A stretch of DNA of 64,000 bases from a bacterium UBP16_UBA6123 (GCA_002423385.1 DIVV01000217.1:8781-72780); one strand, 5' to 3'; shown: positions 33,001-33,834, numbered from the stretch's first letter. The notes: a model not told the origin generated them from the letters alone. Program-made: numbers and translations.

Positions 33001-33703
33001 AAGACATCCTGGATTCGTTTTGTCGGGCTGGGCCAAAGTCGGCACGGACCTGGACTTTGAAAAGTATTGCGACAAGCCGCATAATCCTGTGCCGCCGCAT
33101 GCGCTTCATATAAGCTGCACCTCGGAAATATGCGCCAACAGAGCGGAAATAGCTTTTGAACAGTACGATCTCGACGGAACTCCGCTTGGCACCGAAACTA
33201 AATTCAGTATCGGTATAGACCTTCTGGGTAATGTTTATTCTTACCAGAGCGGAATAACGCCTGTGCTCGATGCTAATAATAAGGCAACCAACTTCGATAT
33301 AACTGAAACTAATTACTATGAAAGTTCGGTTACGCCGCGTATGCATCCTAAATATAAAAATTTCGCTATAAAGCCGGGCGAAACGGTTTCACCGGGCGGA
33401 ACGCGCGCTAAAAACATCAACAGGTGGAAGCGCATATTCATACATTTTTATCCGCCTGTAGGAGGCGCGAACGGACTTATCGAAGGAAAGCGTTATATAC
33501 TTTATATGTATCCTAAAGAAGGCGCATATTCGGGTATGGCGGTTTATTTCGACGGTATTCAGCTACAGCGTTCCAAATACGCTACGCGTTATACGCATGA
33601 TAAAACACTCATCCTCGGCCCTTTAAAAGAATACGACGATCAGGGAAAAATACAGGATGTCGTAAAACCGTTAAACGAACTATTGCCATATCAGATGAGA
33701 TAG
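2..33703 (+). CDS. Giant (>11,109 aa; 5' end outside window) multidomain NHL-repeat / FN3 / PA14 / BNR surface adhesin-like protein
   Basis: ORF track gives 374..33703 (11,109 aa). Frame 2 also has no stop from nt 2 to 374, and the upstream translation (…TIDNNTNGKIDYLKYTYSEPV…) matches internal modules, so the true start is upstream of the window. Recognisable NHL (…GNIYV(A/T)D..N(H/K)R(I/V)QKF), FN3 (YYWRV.A.D.AGN.S), PA14, BNR (S.D.G..F/W) and PD40 motifs. The ORF ends at TAG 33701-33703. Confidence 0.9.
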   Translation, partial: VPATQFDGTNVNSRDLTLAVNAIDDLAPVTPNKNIAQTFTAVNIIDCALPYLLSIETIDNNTNGKIDYLKYTYSEPVKDTTYANRGSSVTTAGNGAGKLGTPVIASITAAGTPTGNVVDDATIFMVVNENTEPTAYNTGVTGNFTSHSTPEPYSFASKFGTTGTGNGQLTAPRDIVVDSGGNIYVTEWTNNRVHKFSAAGVYIDKWGGTVAGTGDKQFDRPDGIAIDSENCIYVADRYNHRIQKFDSQGNFITKWGKNEGAGGAGAASAVAGEFNQPVGICVDKNDTIYVVDYSNKRVQKFNKNGGFVEAVITAGLTGPQGVAVDNDGNIFVAEYDGADGNQIKKFNSSGVFQTSWGATGAADGEFSGLVYIKVDKFGNVYSGEITNKRVQKFTNAGVFVTKFGTGPGTDDGQFAGVMGVFVDKNQNVYAVDMTTNNRVQVFRNGMIKDIAGNNMVPVSAFALTDKACPVVLNTTSTTPDGWYKAGSAVNVSVQFSETMTVNTGDGSPYIILKMDGPGPNRWAVYNGGSTTDTLSFGYTIVDTVGTEDNAADLDYNETTSLKLNGSLITDAAPVANTAIVTLKTPGAAGSLGFNKAIVIDTIKPTVVAMHTLDTNGDGITDALEIEFSESIKDTVTADWVQDCSVTPANFAMDETGQVGWDAFDGFSTTVTSVTPLNSTINDKYIRLTISVPALSAITTTGIMDFKYTAGTLADWAGNIMDTCAAAAAVDKAQPRVKNITSANADGKYRTGRGIEVNVEFSEVVIRTGTPRILLETGATDRYNNYSAGSDTSILSFDPYTVQMDDESADLDYKATTALELNLGTIKDKSTTPNDAVLTLPAPGAAGSLGANKAIIIDGKIPPVAAGMAFTPLDFTGADTIKWTKSSTPQITWTAVGADNGPAGYPADGKKYRIIFTNSTQGVADPLGADPDTVVNDGTNRIDSGWIIPENYTPTLANGEYRYRIYVKDDASTTSPTGNGNVSFTAIQKMRVDLSQPDAVPTANAEIKKSTGSFTSINTYYTNLDSNYIRSTIDVSDNGNPASNFNTAAKYRVIICENADPGTGVLFDTAHPMAGSVFDSNWISYATFNAGYNFNFAAKTETYYKWRVYTKDNVGNVNYSTVKDVYYDIQKPSEPSLTLKVADKHYADPSDFYWTKNNQPGFTGTVVTDTPVGLDGSGLHSAGAYRFLIYTTQTPKPADEDSFTLVPANVAYDTGWAASTTDFAPAAALANGTYYCRIYVRDNAGNINYSNNTNAAESCNANGDLIIKVDVTAPSISANNFSPHAWVDSINPTFGQVVDNSPTSEQQKAGSEVTSSDGAGSGIKSYRIQAGVGFSAWDIGVEYDSGIILTGLTTMPARTTNVNGGDAGFITKTFADGNLVKWMVRIEDNVGNVRYTPTPTPLVMTFGIEDQNPNAVTHNFPGNDLWISKNTFDVKWNPGTDVGTAGAGHYIVYVASADFAGSDPAGWSIIHNSANLIPTVNNPELWTVPVMALATYEGKTIYWKVRFYDKALNYTDSATTTFKIDMTKPTVALNAPTVSGAEQAPQSITGTSHWVNTRTPKLNWSAQTDPDGAAGQPGSGWQVAGQYGATYAYKLEISTTNFGAIFWDNGVLGTNPLDVNHIIPAGASLVDSTFYYYRVRFFDKGGQAEAIDGNFNTTPVWSVKCDITKPQKPVLVWPGDAAGTEWISAAKPLLHWRGGDDNDGLATPKPGIGTKEVIVQIATDAAFADLVLNKTINYTGTPAALDTYQMAAVDPSLAESTYYYWRVAVKDKFLQQSDWSDVFRFRCDFTKPTAAVLDGPGNIYPPGNTSEDAYWINTRTPTFKWTPPVDVDVSGQCAGMASVEIQISNNVTVVGSDVTFNSYFYTKKLMKGELAYENGEFTLPDPNKLSGNGPYYWRVISYDKANNPVANKTISDVFVFSMDFVPPDYFSINHEYADSGSVNLTVLRIRPVGPNKTTGDAYDEVADLFTGVATAGISKIQYWYRKHPSTTWTMAGWTDEVNMVYEVVLPDSGVYDIGAKLFDRSGNVRGWDYVNDGQDNQGFFSSYHYRAGASDTNELRLRRIDQSIFNDWGNESPTSLLPADGGYSNWIVPPNDFIVHWSGQYYVSTAGIHTFRTTTDDGVRFYINDTIRINKWIDQGPTPYTTDPNLSVGWHKLDMYYYEKGGGATAKLEVDLPGGGTTYLPVQIPDVRSQNPDAIITDLRVDAQPPESKFPSLLSYTSDDIFNVAWKVEDTFEMTTDNKFKRNFEDLGLGGFKNKTANCADIKNTDGVGLARAYDNKRCLVVKKGTNNSVIDFFTPVDGSTTYNLSTYKYVSFAYCTSGPVKFDLIATITVNNRTGLYVIQTCTDPVIINKTVAENPGVGLGVAPWGLAEFSGKTPNFRNDENWHTVTINLYEQIKLKYGKVSADSALLRSVYFYGENPSDDAAIYIDNFSLSSKGMAQSNVDFRDGWHGKWTRWEDDTYSNTITSYNRDFEEAQDGSVYFFRGRAIDNAGNMEPATTAADENNYNPPRISIVKSPPDPPTNLRWQALDADGVTWVEARNSNANLTDPKNRKIRAAWDPPKDPSGINDYYIQVATSETFTTKSLVSAHTKWLTKAAPVFVINDSFNSGIDAATWPVNEPPFVNNKGAAYFDGANKDNKKLISKEFNLASYNDYSYAAFEFNAYFDSEDANDYMQVGIQYYDNNTSSWVTDKFLELKQTTQKWKFKSYVISHYIGKRIKIYVNVKADANSPNPKAGIDNVKIWVEKNCYEFTGIDQTIYYFRLLSKNNAGFSKPTTITDSYRSYFSTAKGDTIGTNETSVSPANWNSLNITNDKLVSDWGWGTTELMTVYKETNIFQDSFETGIKAANWPTVGSHFKYNNSIGCVENTTEIKTGGAADSILTEEMISKEFSLAGYDRATMECNVAYKFADVNTPNDRATISVEYKDGTNWIIDQSSYYDKNTSDQFSGASPNLTDWRSVSLNLSSSLGKTAVRIRIIVTANKTALNPMVYLDNFMLNAAKKVNSKIAETFYEDNFDTAISSDWTNGDTGVFKWQDSGYDKTNDGHVHIEATANVNNKKLTSKIFDLSKTYEGSAECLIYLDTNDSADSIKFAVEYKKGATWTEDQSETIKTNSVNWKKFELPFKDALGKSQVRVVFTAYTNNQPLKIGIDNFKMTRGSQYIFKQGDTTSSFYRREIKFSKYSKGKKITISTQGTANYSIYVNGGEILNGSDIATDEVKTFSNPYDFNFGDDDTCCVVTFKLTNTKFDEFNSPAISYKVTVDEKMKGIVDTTPPRPMNLVAYAKSGKNIDKKGNPSPFQYSKDFIVTTDSSDISGIRRCYYKVWSYTNAALGGKNAPASDVDYTGYIDFPATEKTDNTINIDVTVALATEDSSGRETCSVWFVDNNDINGFDYREEVLLRVDRQKPPKPVLLKFKADNGVEYVHTTIWDQKKPTFRWEKSVDPKFNNTHLSSATLMDESGTGHYQLQLTTTDDFAKSDLEVFIKNDETIFTQEVNFVPKDNLPMGDYKWRVRAIDSLTDTTELNFSAWSDTGELHLDFHPPDSYVLIPPPDGPYYRETDNVEFLPSVYFSIVQTDHANKWHKILSKMATGNTTTPVELTDLTLDDDKPRVDRDGNYIVFERKNADKSEICYMESSGENALILSRQTYDTKNLSSGDKIKYSGTVKATATGDCYQNYIFSTKEIALTSDQTGLYIEYDYYADTTGAGICGINIMYETTSVSYGVNGKWELRLDPAWPATVKPSADLGTAHHNKWQHRKIEIPSTLMINEVAIKTWEVSFENDTPGKSINAYYDNITITNSDGRIQNAIYSRGPLEFTQASDYYNNYENYSVSIEKERITNEEINIKVTKDKSPDISSNGRKVIFSSFDGYRRYRLKISEAPSGYTVKANILDDTAKGIFDSSMDNGDDFRIIWQNYDIATSKTVEVDLDRYLEKFTADEIIVWFKIQESAGWSGGLSNYYVEYGRNKVGLPPTDYTKVYKYYDDFNEYFDTSKWKAIGKAVWQNDGTVKLPDAENSASGNGFYSVDQFEPGIGVLMYMKTEFVTSEIRLGFSNSDFSNAFVFRSDDLDQYLQAYYEVSAKKAVWANDDRVTPSVYQWITHPTGLESIENNLVNYPSSAAFADDSGKFNTYALSWMKRSGDSVNKLRWYYNTDTFPDPSDSTPTYDLDSGSLPLYFMNKNSTSSVYIDKVIVRLLLEEEPTVEVDTNESTTTGRYELAVVNIERGNNDNGMKLITKNSDYDRINPRISPDGSKIVYMADVGDDQYDVYLIDTNGANNTKLTTYSANDKDPTFSPDGKKIIYLQDTDAVTIGAGTLDGTVSIIMTMNLDGTEQQWIETLTPSDKWNFRSPVYGPVGDRIYYARVSDSDNYEVYCLWARDSYLGKTIENSEDLVEDQISELDTAQDADYISIEGLKKIGWYYSKPSIKVYARDAEGHGARIYHNWTGDSLENNLYSASTTGVGLISYDVPYYMPDDHEYREQLSFLATDVNVHPSDEYFVDKQDSGNVELAHKLIPLIDDAAPASDIRIHIVDRDGATVGVDKDNRLEYTSETTLGSKNGYGGDNVLKTAEVSLLVAVDSKYSDWVYISNYETAPVGFHPEGAAPLGYETEPVSLDVSETSNIWLRSEKAAEYFYPELKWTLKDTAESGLKKIYTWYGSEGRVIKMVSEEIYLVTDIPLLYKERVYVTTNSNFALGTMGSNIRVENDSIYIEKANSGTYETPIMNLGSHITDLTKLYWISETGSDTTAVATKPVKSIQLRRGTTKNPSASSWTDWITVGDTMLEDATSEIDISMGVTGVFFELEDKTQGWPVGSDEVVYVQARFGLAGYLRITEIGFAYDRCADGLRAYDDDPNVDTAPVWFSVYRTMPRMTFGYNTKSSFDNPMNIRYYWKNSRGKSGGSVDEPLTLDYNSVLTPGSISVQLIGSTYQDYAGTKYNPSGTISVALDTAKTQEIVLDTGFVDGSFEITVWAIDLAANETTKETYVFYVNNSPISEPELDISRSTSNENKYMTNIPFPVYNNDLYSNIQFVDATMEVTGCVYRQISNRPDFKDVLWLKMKTSESNPISIWEFSTNTVGLFNYDITYDGYSTPYLNSVGNKEPDIYDGKKVVYARYKNGAGLILGPVTDEIILDRTMPATSLQGVTINDDEKLGVNGGEIVLQLTALHDFEDGTSSVTSRMGTVETAVIVSEKYNATYVNEFNYPDASLRLRYHSQDTGEIESGSYTSPVYLIGTHIKQSPLGRIRWTQVSDTDNSVEIWLRAIPDKGDGTPDFANAGDWNNGGAAHSKVGIGTTEVVAWQDMVIEGNTVSAFDYQFIQFRIKLTTKLPTGIYPKIDQIEFEFKRKSEMTSFDPINDSEGSSGYFENPVVVNIAKNNELDKIMYRWSYSASPGAVGAFTELIPTALLNVEKPKYILEVNQDRPSFLQWFSVSNTGDTEAVTHSKLFKFSLKGTKDSWVKILDNAAPFDDGIIMGPNVKLRLNPAVPGDPSLPGKIKISTNPEMTPLLAELEYTVSPSPVEEPITLKAPDGLSPALEGRVTVYAQFESSFGETTEIVSHSIMLDLNSPNAIHNPNANLYKIGDSEYADYSKGKFTNVTYADINGDSFEVKLGYKNDLVLDKFDALAANWDTPQGVAADSDSVFVADSVKQKLYKLSTQTLAVQSSKTGLGSPCGVEVDGDHVYVSDKIRHIVYKYRKSDFTKVGSFGVEYNAGSLENMLKAPEDIAIDPSRNYLYINDAGNKRIVKVSLEGLSYVADKPYTFFEKMDLVSGIAADDEAIILSNPGGHIIGKYDSNFASGTAQSLFGEYNSADDDDAHLNTPLQLGQDAGYIYAADSMNNRIVKMSYNLKYISSYGSASIPYLNNPVAVSGCNDRIFVSDLNNKRLVSLIKVLDEYELKATLGASDGSFSPPGQNKQDVPFRLYEPAMITSDTVYSYVADTKNHRILKVNNETMLVERQYGVTGVLGADTAHLSNPNAACPDFTDKTAGYIFVSDTGNKRVIKLKNNFGSFAYLTDSLSTGTPVSVDFAGGLCVDNSAVPAELYVANKTNIIVFNASTMLKIDEITALDGAFVNVTDVKYAGGYFYVVDNGRHQIYKVQKLRPVSAEIVKYNSLTTASAFAKGLNSPYSVAISPDYKDVFITDRQNYRVLHLDSSFNYKSNLGYNGIEGIGTVSVTLNKPMGVTCIKTPASKYILVTDTLNNRLIKVKYDTYSYSPYGEFASRVISLGNYVVPLADGVGGAGIKVETKYLHYDPVSTQGVELWVRTAPDRGDGNYDGRYWSKWEKFLLPNITDVSVNNSFINRRALSDTQFVQYKLILSTQDLRQTPSVRTTMFTYKRGCDGDLVTPSPHTGYYLTPLYGTLDHFNIVYEDENILSINYDQGNVHYKWNAGAEQVINELVYAVAEGVNTLTYYAKDIVGKVSPTASITYSIDTVPPVNPAVRVTETAPISTNSVNLDLTGVMDTNATPQLQMIVSEFADFNNTTWESYLTSKNYIFTGTLETGIKRIYAQFKDNAGQKTLKVWDTVRQKKASEAPVARIKSYEHGGKYDFERGSLNGTQVDRYGHVSLANDTFGFVSSLSDPNLSKPMGVAAYYNKTLKLFEIFVVNSQNHTINKFVSSDDTPNIIEFVASYGETGVAGSDEVHFNTPTGVAYDGTYVYVADSLNHRIVKLYNQSVPLNKMSYMCQFGNPASPGTGTSNLNTPFDVAWANGYLYISDSGNKRIVKLISNNMKYIAALNTEVNLRGLTSDGFYLYYIADKDVTRVKIDFGGSPLKYSVVNAGALVDPYFVQSDGLNLYIGDSGAKKVKMTALDFKIKSEYDQLVSIGGIASVQGLSTVYLFIAESSTNKLYKLNSVDTFYKSSGIYISEPLDIGSHVTKIDKVYYTVEGSSKTSAKFEMRVYPDKIDSLGEHSADLSYYEGENGWTVLDETGSEFPPSGFPTQPNSMTNFAGQYRYFVQYRATLSTIDKQVTPILKNFRVEFLKRGDGLSSNLLSLPGISIYADNSNDWPGWYVTPPSFSVSAAEWDLFKIKLTNSANMAGTEYSFTAGAKIPVITTVAPTTAGLGNFIFTEGTNSVTTWSKDISGNASFGETIEIYYDKTPPGKPEIILVSTAIDDSENQTYYVKTSKISFDIKVESSDGRPRRTVFSKNVSELTVPPSDSTKWFEMTDKTVAGHLIHKVIDYNLSEGLNIIYTKCSDQAGNISNVSYIKVHLDTTKPKSYNDRVIHASKEAFELSGRELDGVLIINDGLMMSKWLYNKHFDFSPALPNFVSSDSKYVYTCDTSITGPRIGVMGKFLDGIKATKNKFILGTTEILLKAPVAVIPFNDKLFVLDKDLHILFRVALDKHTNDPAKIIGNTMEVVFGTVNTPSTSPRGLNSPQGLSIFGTEEIYVADTLNNRVFKTNVNLTSITAQYGSVFASSIKSPVSVTVDQSNVFLAEKGLSGQNRVIQLDKNLNEIQSFVDSASGVLMDDIKAITSDGSYLYVSHKNGAEHRISKFIINPVISYLTYVKEFTIGGVASTFNDVRGVFADGEDIYLADTGNKRIIKTSSISWKYKSQFGVTGVPGNDAFHLNRPTALCSDASHLYALNYHPTYNGIVYKIRSSFIRDTENRYIFLETPTGVAATKDFVYLVNPGAGDDKKVLLIWGKDMQTRYPYDNSVVSPPLIYPIDICSYFDGSKYFVYIADYQSQKVYKYEEKLGQLLRVGESATGKLIRPIALSVDASGVYVLQGDSTVVKLTPDMQNVATSYGREIRFGITGVSGVDDFHLDPSPKLDLTGVTVYSKIVSTGNRVYVTDTNNHRVMKFDTFLNYKGEFGERGVPGTGDNNFNKPSGITIFAGDIYVNDSGNQRLVKTGNDAGVYTSAWVNIGSHVNKMNKMNYSGNIPSGSGLNIEVRFAYQKEGVPFMPDVTEWEALSQMADAPVQTPVNHPSPEINQYLQYRVSFLTDSSASVPRLNNIEFSYVKTADGEQDPDLTVASGLGYFKKFPEISLAMNEKGGLFYQWYRYNEVTNSEDAVDPTVPNTYNLFGINSVLPIPLVGGERKDGLYIMRYYSRDYVGNTESTNSYQYRIDTTPPKILEGKAVANGIAGYSFNKKEGAVDIYVRLDNNTDKLPDFKNGVITGKVRIISNSTSYDSNADFTAGSNFILTYYEGANVPVGQVWFTARWKINPNDYVQEGSDFQVYVSVKDPAGNEDENFAYGYANSKPALTLQIYGGAPNTRNQQIVHVSRQDFAKGTLKEVSVERSGTKGLVRLRTNADWGGLAQGTGTPAFSRPYAIASDGNYVYLSDINTNYLYRLTSSMTVLSTLTSVVSGAQGIACDGQFVYVADTGNNRILKLDSALSKIYAECLYTGVPDGIDGPVSIAVDSQRVYFTDMKKRIVVLNKSLGYVTESPVIIGGHTLSDRLRICTDGSNVYLLDRAASKILHLSSQLTYKSSYGSVGTGQDQFTDARDISTDSSYFYVTDNGNNRVIRLNIEEDGSLSFKEQFMGTGKVDPGKLITTVLSEINGVATDGYYTYVCETGKNRIIMTGDVAKKTEWNELAQFGVTNVSGNDNTHLKTPNGISFSGIYFYVADTGNDRVVMLDQELGYYKSSPAALYSSPKDLYYNEQGLYVLDANGISVSTDEVQTKAITRALAGLKGICGYDSINLLVTSGNDIIWLNGITLANIKNSMSYSGIPAPAALNNPTGLVTNGVDVYVCDTGNNRIVKFKIDKSIPGDHKLIYQGHYSQDVSGPLYISLSPDFIYFTNGGSFKNIVKLDLNLNFIAKYPGTGTMNTPTGITAFGQYCLVSENLGHRVVKSGISKFAGEVAVENSSDDSNVGHSNHSLALITSESDATSLPLVMYEKNGVIYHRLSKDEDGNVFDGQVADFNGTQFALASKANNAYVAYVDGGQIKFSTTANGKTFTSPNLVSGAYLGCSNPSITVDKDNFIYIAWESGGKINYNRSTLAVVNTNNALNPSLFAGTNIKQFESSADGIFSQVSLTASRETSAIHAVWIVTKDGFSTVKYGRGDTFSTIKDVKTFESGASDSVSGPKVAAGAANQLYIVWTGLDMQTDIKYVASIDAGVNFENVKTINTTKNGYQKNPSITIGLDEFGKDVAMVVWESTSNLTFYDEDIYFTKSSSGIFEANTRINTKVQSRAQTKPSVYSTPDGLIVFASWLDSSKSDSDHDVYCARFTDVSIYQLKGVYTSQIINLGTHVKDFDKISWVDDSQSKKSTKIYLNTRLCPDDGYGNPDTGSWSKWSSNYKNSNVDIQKDEEYSGMSPNLFENQYIQYKATITTRNKTITPNLYKVIVNFVRSGDSPESFKASGDIKFPLTHGGIINTNWLNDYKGPINGWYINPPRMTMTADKEAITYYDWKKLPASDVIVQTGAHLAYAPFVIPYVNPTTQSTPPVIVAGKSVRPVKAEGKLTLYEYSIDYYGNAEYEKTKEVYLDTIPPTNPEFGVTTKGYVVNSKKASITIDLSGDTSFGEDDAGGYDVFDIDSSKDNSVFAFSGTNEAFFVGTNSVGITNATIEIGTGINSGFVRFKGTSTSGIDRISMSKVLNPPINTSYYKNIFIRLRGDRSDLANPSSLPIGDYRVLVQSDSGRIYRTIPFRNSVQLKPVNATEEVVMMKLPVNERISMVSIELQDITSEVGTANKNMAVWVDWIAFTAAALNTPSPTLDLSGTNKTFTLSNISDNTTHEIILVRYDARGNYGIGSKTVVTPDRTEPPPPVVDLYMSDGGLNSGDSIEVVCQWKGVKDGHSKSYRYNVDVSITDAANKEDWKRLSIVPYEFGNKCSVTESVLIRNEAKNIYGMLDTVINKIYDTDYYGLKKLYIFYPETSADAAKWTDKWRYVSKGSYLGEYFKTRGFVQINSYADLAATMNASVLANDCVDTIIMLPFGTVPFNIVDPAVGYENTPLKKYLKKGGTITWLGDFPLEWTYNNLADYKSNSDPQNVNINPIFSNILNMTSQRVLSGPTFSDYMPRLGVTLQPEITDNGVRMLDIRAAYTSDALRAYSWLATYDDNYPTKGFIRYLTKIIVDGIDKEALKNIYNISTFTNILAKNGGVDDATDYFATIARGPCGFFYKFRVTAIDSEGNISSTGGISPVKKARDTQPPVVDFGYGFASDYSVVITKSQLATDIWDKFVITDAVPSSGIVKAEWFFEIRDSKQTWDWPANKDHQTITYFNGSEAVSVSCNREIVTKAPWYPTRNKFVRAGTYRIFVRAYDKDGNYNTNYAWQTYNVVASDPYKLVFADESSLKFDALGRLIDYTPLTRETNYKAPYMRAGDTKKLYVVSADKDFDIVTIEADSGFVRFDTSNAVKNGSDPMASVRIYHGLESNGMTTTEAFKLSDTTKMAILEPDVIGVNSMWSKGFVTIMYYETRDINTEDGRSDMQIMISSPSFSQNAMADIELRPNVFHHLKFDNEPPFTEYKKPYNFKADEGVLISFDRRDEYDNLIYSSEDTEAVAVSFINEHTSTIDGNIINRYNYHHNNGRLYWNSKSGSNSTLKAVDDEGWYPWEVASAETEPVGIALGSSGNFTDGHVFKIEDAIYSSSNTSKSTYVVDGTQRIKLISTLASRPDRYDKHQFIINGKKSSLWYNDTFATGETLLTAYIYAFDTTESRFEVEKPLQQVEIEVQHSSAPGRLKITGIGTYKTMGGTLVTGGPQAGLYNKFHVDATDRWSNPMVETGSFMAALKAYPKDAELVNRMTIYYGNKNKSSFVFYNLEGNMVNSIRIADGGADFYYQDMVASRNLTADRKYNKNKSTVSVIEIIDTRLTAGFENDSEEVELTADRGDYVVDSYDVNCDRHRFGGKLPELEESAYTIDDLDAARFSLEVNDEAHNSLERLEGMIAETITVNLFDRYGNLCDAFGEGTNGVGFVESGYPTVLIKDRREEDEYRTPHPPDFAGDEEISADTIPLGEVPYTLNGIGTPGFVEGVLRQDLSIETSGVILLLKYKAELPCSYKTYKPEGTLEVAVGLIEPKLWGGVSETYFYQELDKKIIHDYIREANTAISEGKNIKERHPGFVLSGWAKVGTDLDFEKYCDKPHNPVPPHALHISCTSEICANRAEIAFEQYDLDGTPLGTETKFSIGIDLLGNVYSYQSGITPVLDANNKATNFDITETNYYESSVTPRMHPKYKNFAIKPGETVSPGGTRAKNINRWKRIFIHFYPPVGGANGLIEGKRYILYMYPKEGAYSGMAVYFDGIQLQRSKYATRYTHDKTLILGPLKEYDDQGKIQDVVKPLNELLPYQMR
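455..1340 (+). other. NHL-repeat six-bladed beta-propeller (domain 1 of giant protein)
   Basis: Six repeats of type PRDIVVDSGGNIYVTEWTNNRVHKF / PDGIAIDSENCIYVADRYNHRIQKF / PVGICVDKNDTIYVVDYSNKRVQKF etc. Confidence 0.8.
1400..2580 (+). other. Ig-like / 'DxNGDGxxD' beta-sandwich modules (3 copies; one more partially visible in nt 2-373)
   Basis: Repeated ~125-aa units ending …ADLDY(N/K)(E/A)TT(S/A)L(K/E)LNG(S/T)(L/I)(T/K)D…TLK(T/L)P(G/A)PGAAGSLG(F/A)NKAI(V/I)ID, alternating with LDTNGDGITDALEIEFSE-type units. Typical of giant S-layer/adhesin proteins. Confidence 0.55.
2580..6110 (+). other. Array of ~8-9 fibronectin type III-like modules
   Basis: Each ~150 aa module begins D(I/V/M/F)T(K/A)P…TP(K/T)(L/F)(N/K)W and carries an FN3 F-strand-like motif: YRYRIYVKDDAS, YYKWRVYTKDNVGNVNYS, YYCRIYVRDNAGNINYS, YYYRVRFFDKGG, YYYWRVAVKDK, YYWRVISYDKANN. 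Confidence 0.6.
6250..6560 (+). other. PA14 domain
   Basis: …FIVHWSGQYYVSTAGIHTFRTTTDDGVRFYINDTIRINKWIDQG…WHKLDMYYYEKGGGATAKLEV matches the PA14 signature (G.Y.F….DDG..L.I.D..VI.NW….G…..Y.E.GG.A.L.L). Confidence 0.75.
7800..9480 (+). other. Three tandem ~165-aa MAM/lectin-like beta-sandwich modules
   Basis: Repeat units are (I/F)(N/Q)DSF(N/E)(S/T)GI.AA.WP……(L/K)(I/T)SKEF.LA.Y……(K/T)W……(R/K)I..(V/T)…….GIDN(V/F)K(I/M). The three copies are INDSFNSGIDAATWPV…GIDNVKIW, FQDSFETGIKAANWPT…YLDNFMLN and YEDNFDTAISSDWTNG…GIDNFKMT. Confidence 0.5.
12700..13130 (+). other. PD40 / TolB-like WD40-like beta-propeller repeats
   Basis: NPRISPDGSKIVYMAD…DVYLIDTNG, DPTFSPDGKKIIYLQD, SPVYGPVGDRIYYARVSDSDNYEVY correspond to the PD40 repeat consensus (sPDGk.iaf.s.r.g…iy). 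Confidence 0.6.
16870..18612 (+). other. NHL-repeat region 2 (~12 blades = two propellers)
   Basis: 12 successive NHL-like blades, e.g. PQGVAADSDSVFVADSVKQKLYKL, PEDIAIDPSRNYLYINDAGNKRIVKV, LNTPLQLGQDAGYIYAADSMNNRIVKM, LNKPMGVTCIKTPASKYILVTDTLNNRLIKV. Confidence 0.7.
19730..20545 (+). other. NHL-repeat region 3 (one six-bladed propeller)
   Basis: FNTPTGVAYDGTYVYVADSLNHRIVKL, LNTPFDVAWANGYLYISDSGNKRIVKL and four further blades. Confidence 0.7.
21925..23545 (+). other. NHL-repeat region 4 (~11 blades)
   Basis: LNSPQGLSIFGTEEIYVADTLNNRVFKT, FNDVRGVFADGEDIYLADTGNKRIIKT, …TGVTVYSKIVSTGNRVYVTDTNNHRVMKF, FNKPSGITIFAGDIYVNDSGNQRLVKT. Confidence 0.7.
24790..26385 (+). other. NHL-repeat region 5 (~12 blades = two propellers)
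   Basis: FSRPYAIASDGNYVYLSDINTNYLYRL, GAQGIACDGQFVYVADTGNNRILKL, LKTPNGISFSGIYFYVADTGNDRVVML, LNNPTGLVTNGVDVYVCDTGNNRIVKF, MNTPTGITAFGQYCLVSENLGHRVVKS. Confidence 0.7.
26440..27520 (+). other. BNR/Asp-box (sialidase-like) beta-propeller region
   Basis: Asp-box-like motifs S-x-D-x-G-x-(T)-F/W: STTANGKTFTS, SIDAGVNFEN, SSADGIFSQ, SSSGIFEAN. Interspersed hydrophobic strands (IYIAWESGG, LYIVWTG, AMVVWEST) are typical of BNR propellers. Confidence 0.55.
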
Positions 33704-33740
33704 TGTATAATAATAGTGTATAGTGTATAGTGCATAGTTA
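33701..33740 (+). repeat. Tandem heptamer (TAGTGTA)n immediately after the giant-gene stop codon
   Basis: tagtgta-taataa-tagtgta-tagtgta-tagtgca-tagtta. The TAG copies at 33701, 33714, 33721, 33728 and 33735 fall in all three + frames. Confidence 0.7.
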
Positions 33741-33766
33741 GGGTATTGAATAAATAAATCAGCGTA

Positions 33767-33830
33767 GAGCCGGGGGTGGAGAGCCATGAAGCTGTCCGCT
33801 TCCGGTTCCCGGCTGGTAGTCGTGGAGTGA
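33767..33830 (+). terminator. GC-rich inverted repeat (AGCCGGG…CCCGGCT) containing a 14-codon micro-ORF; possible terminator/attenuator after the giant gene
   Basis: agccggg at 33768-33774 pairs with cccggct at 33808-33814. Embedded GGAG-N6-ATG (33786) MKLSASGSRLVVVE stop 33830. No strong U-tract, so the terminator call is weak. Confidence 0.3.
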
Positions 33831-33834
33831 TATT

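Noticed and set aside
506-33346. Dozens of 60-250-aa ORFs on the minus strand and in other + frames inside the giant gene (e.g. 28784..29545 -, 19445..19978 -, 28240..28632 -, 843..1301 +)
   Set aside because: All are completely embedded in the 33-kb frame that shows continuous, domain-level protein similarity. Their translations are low-complexity (R/F/I/L-rich) with no motifs, so they are shadow ORFs.
33786-33830. 14-codon micro-ORF MKLSASGSRLVVVE with GGAG upstream
   Set aside because: Too short to call as a gene without conservation or ribosome-profiling evidence. It is kept only as part of the hairpin finding.
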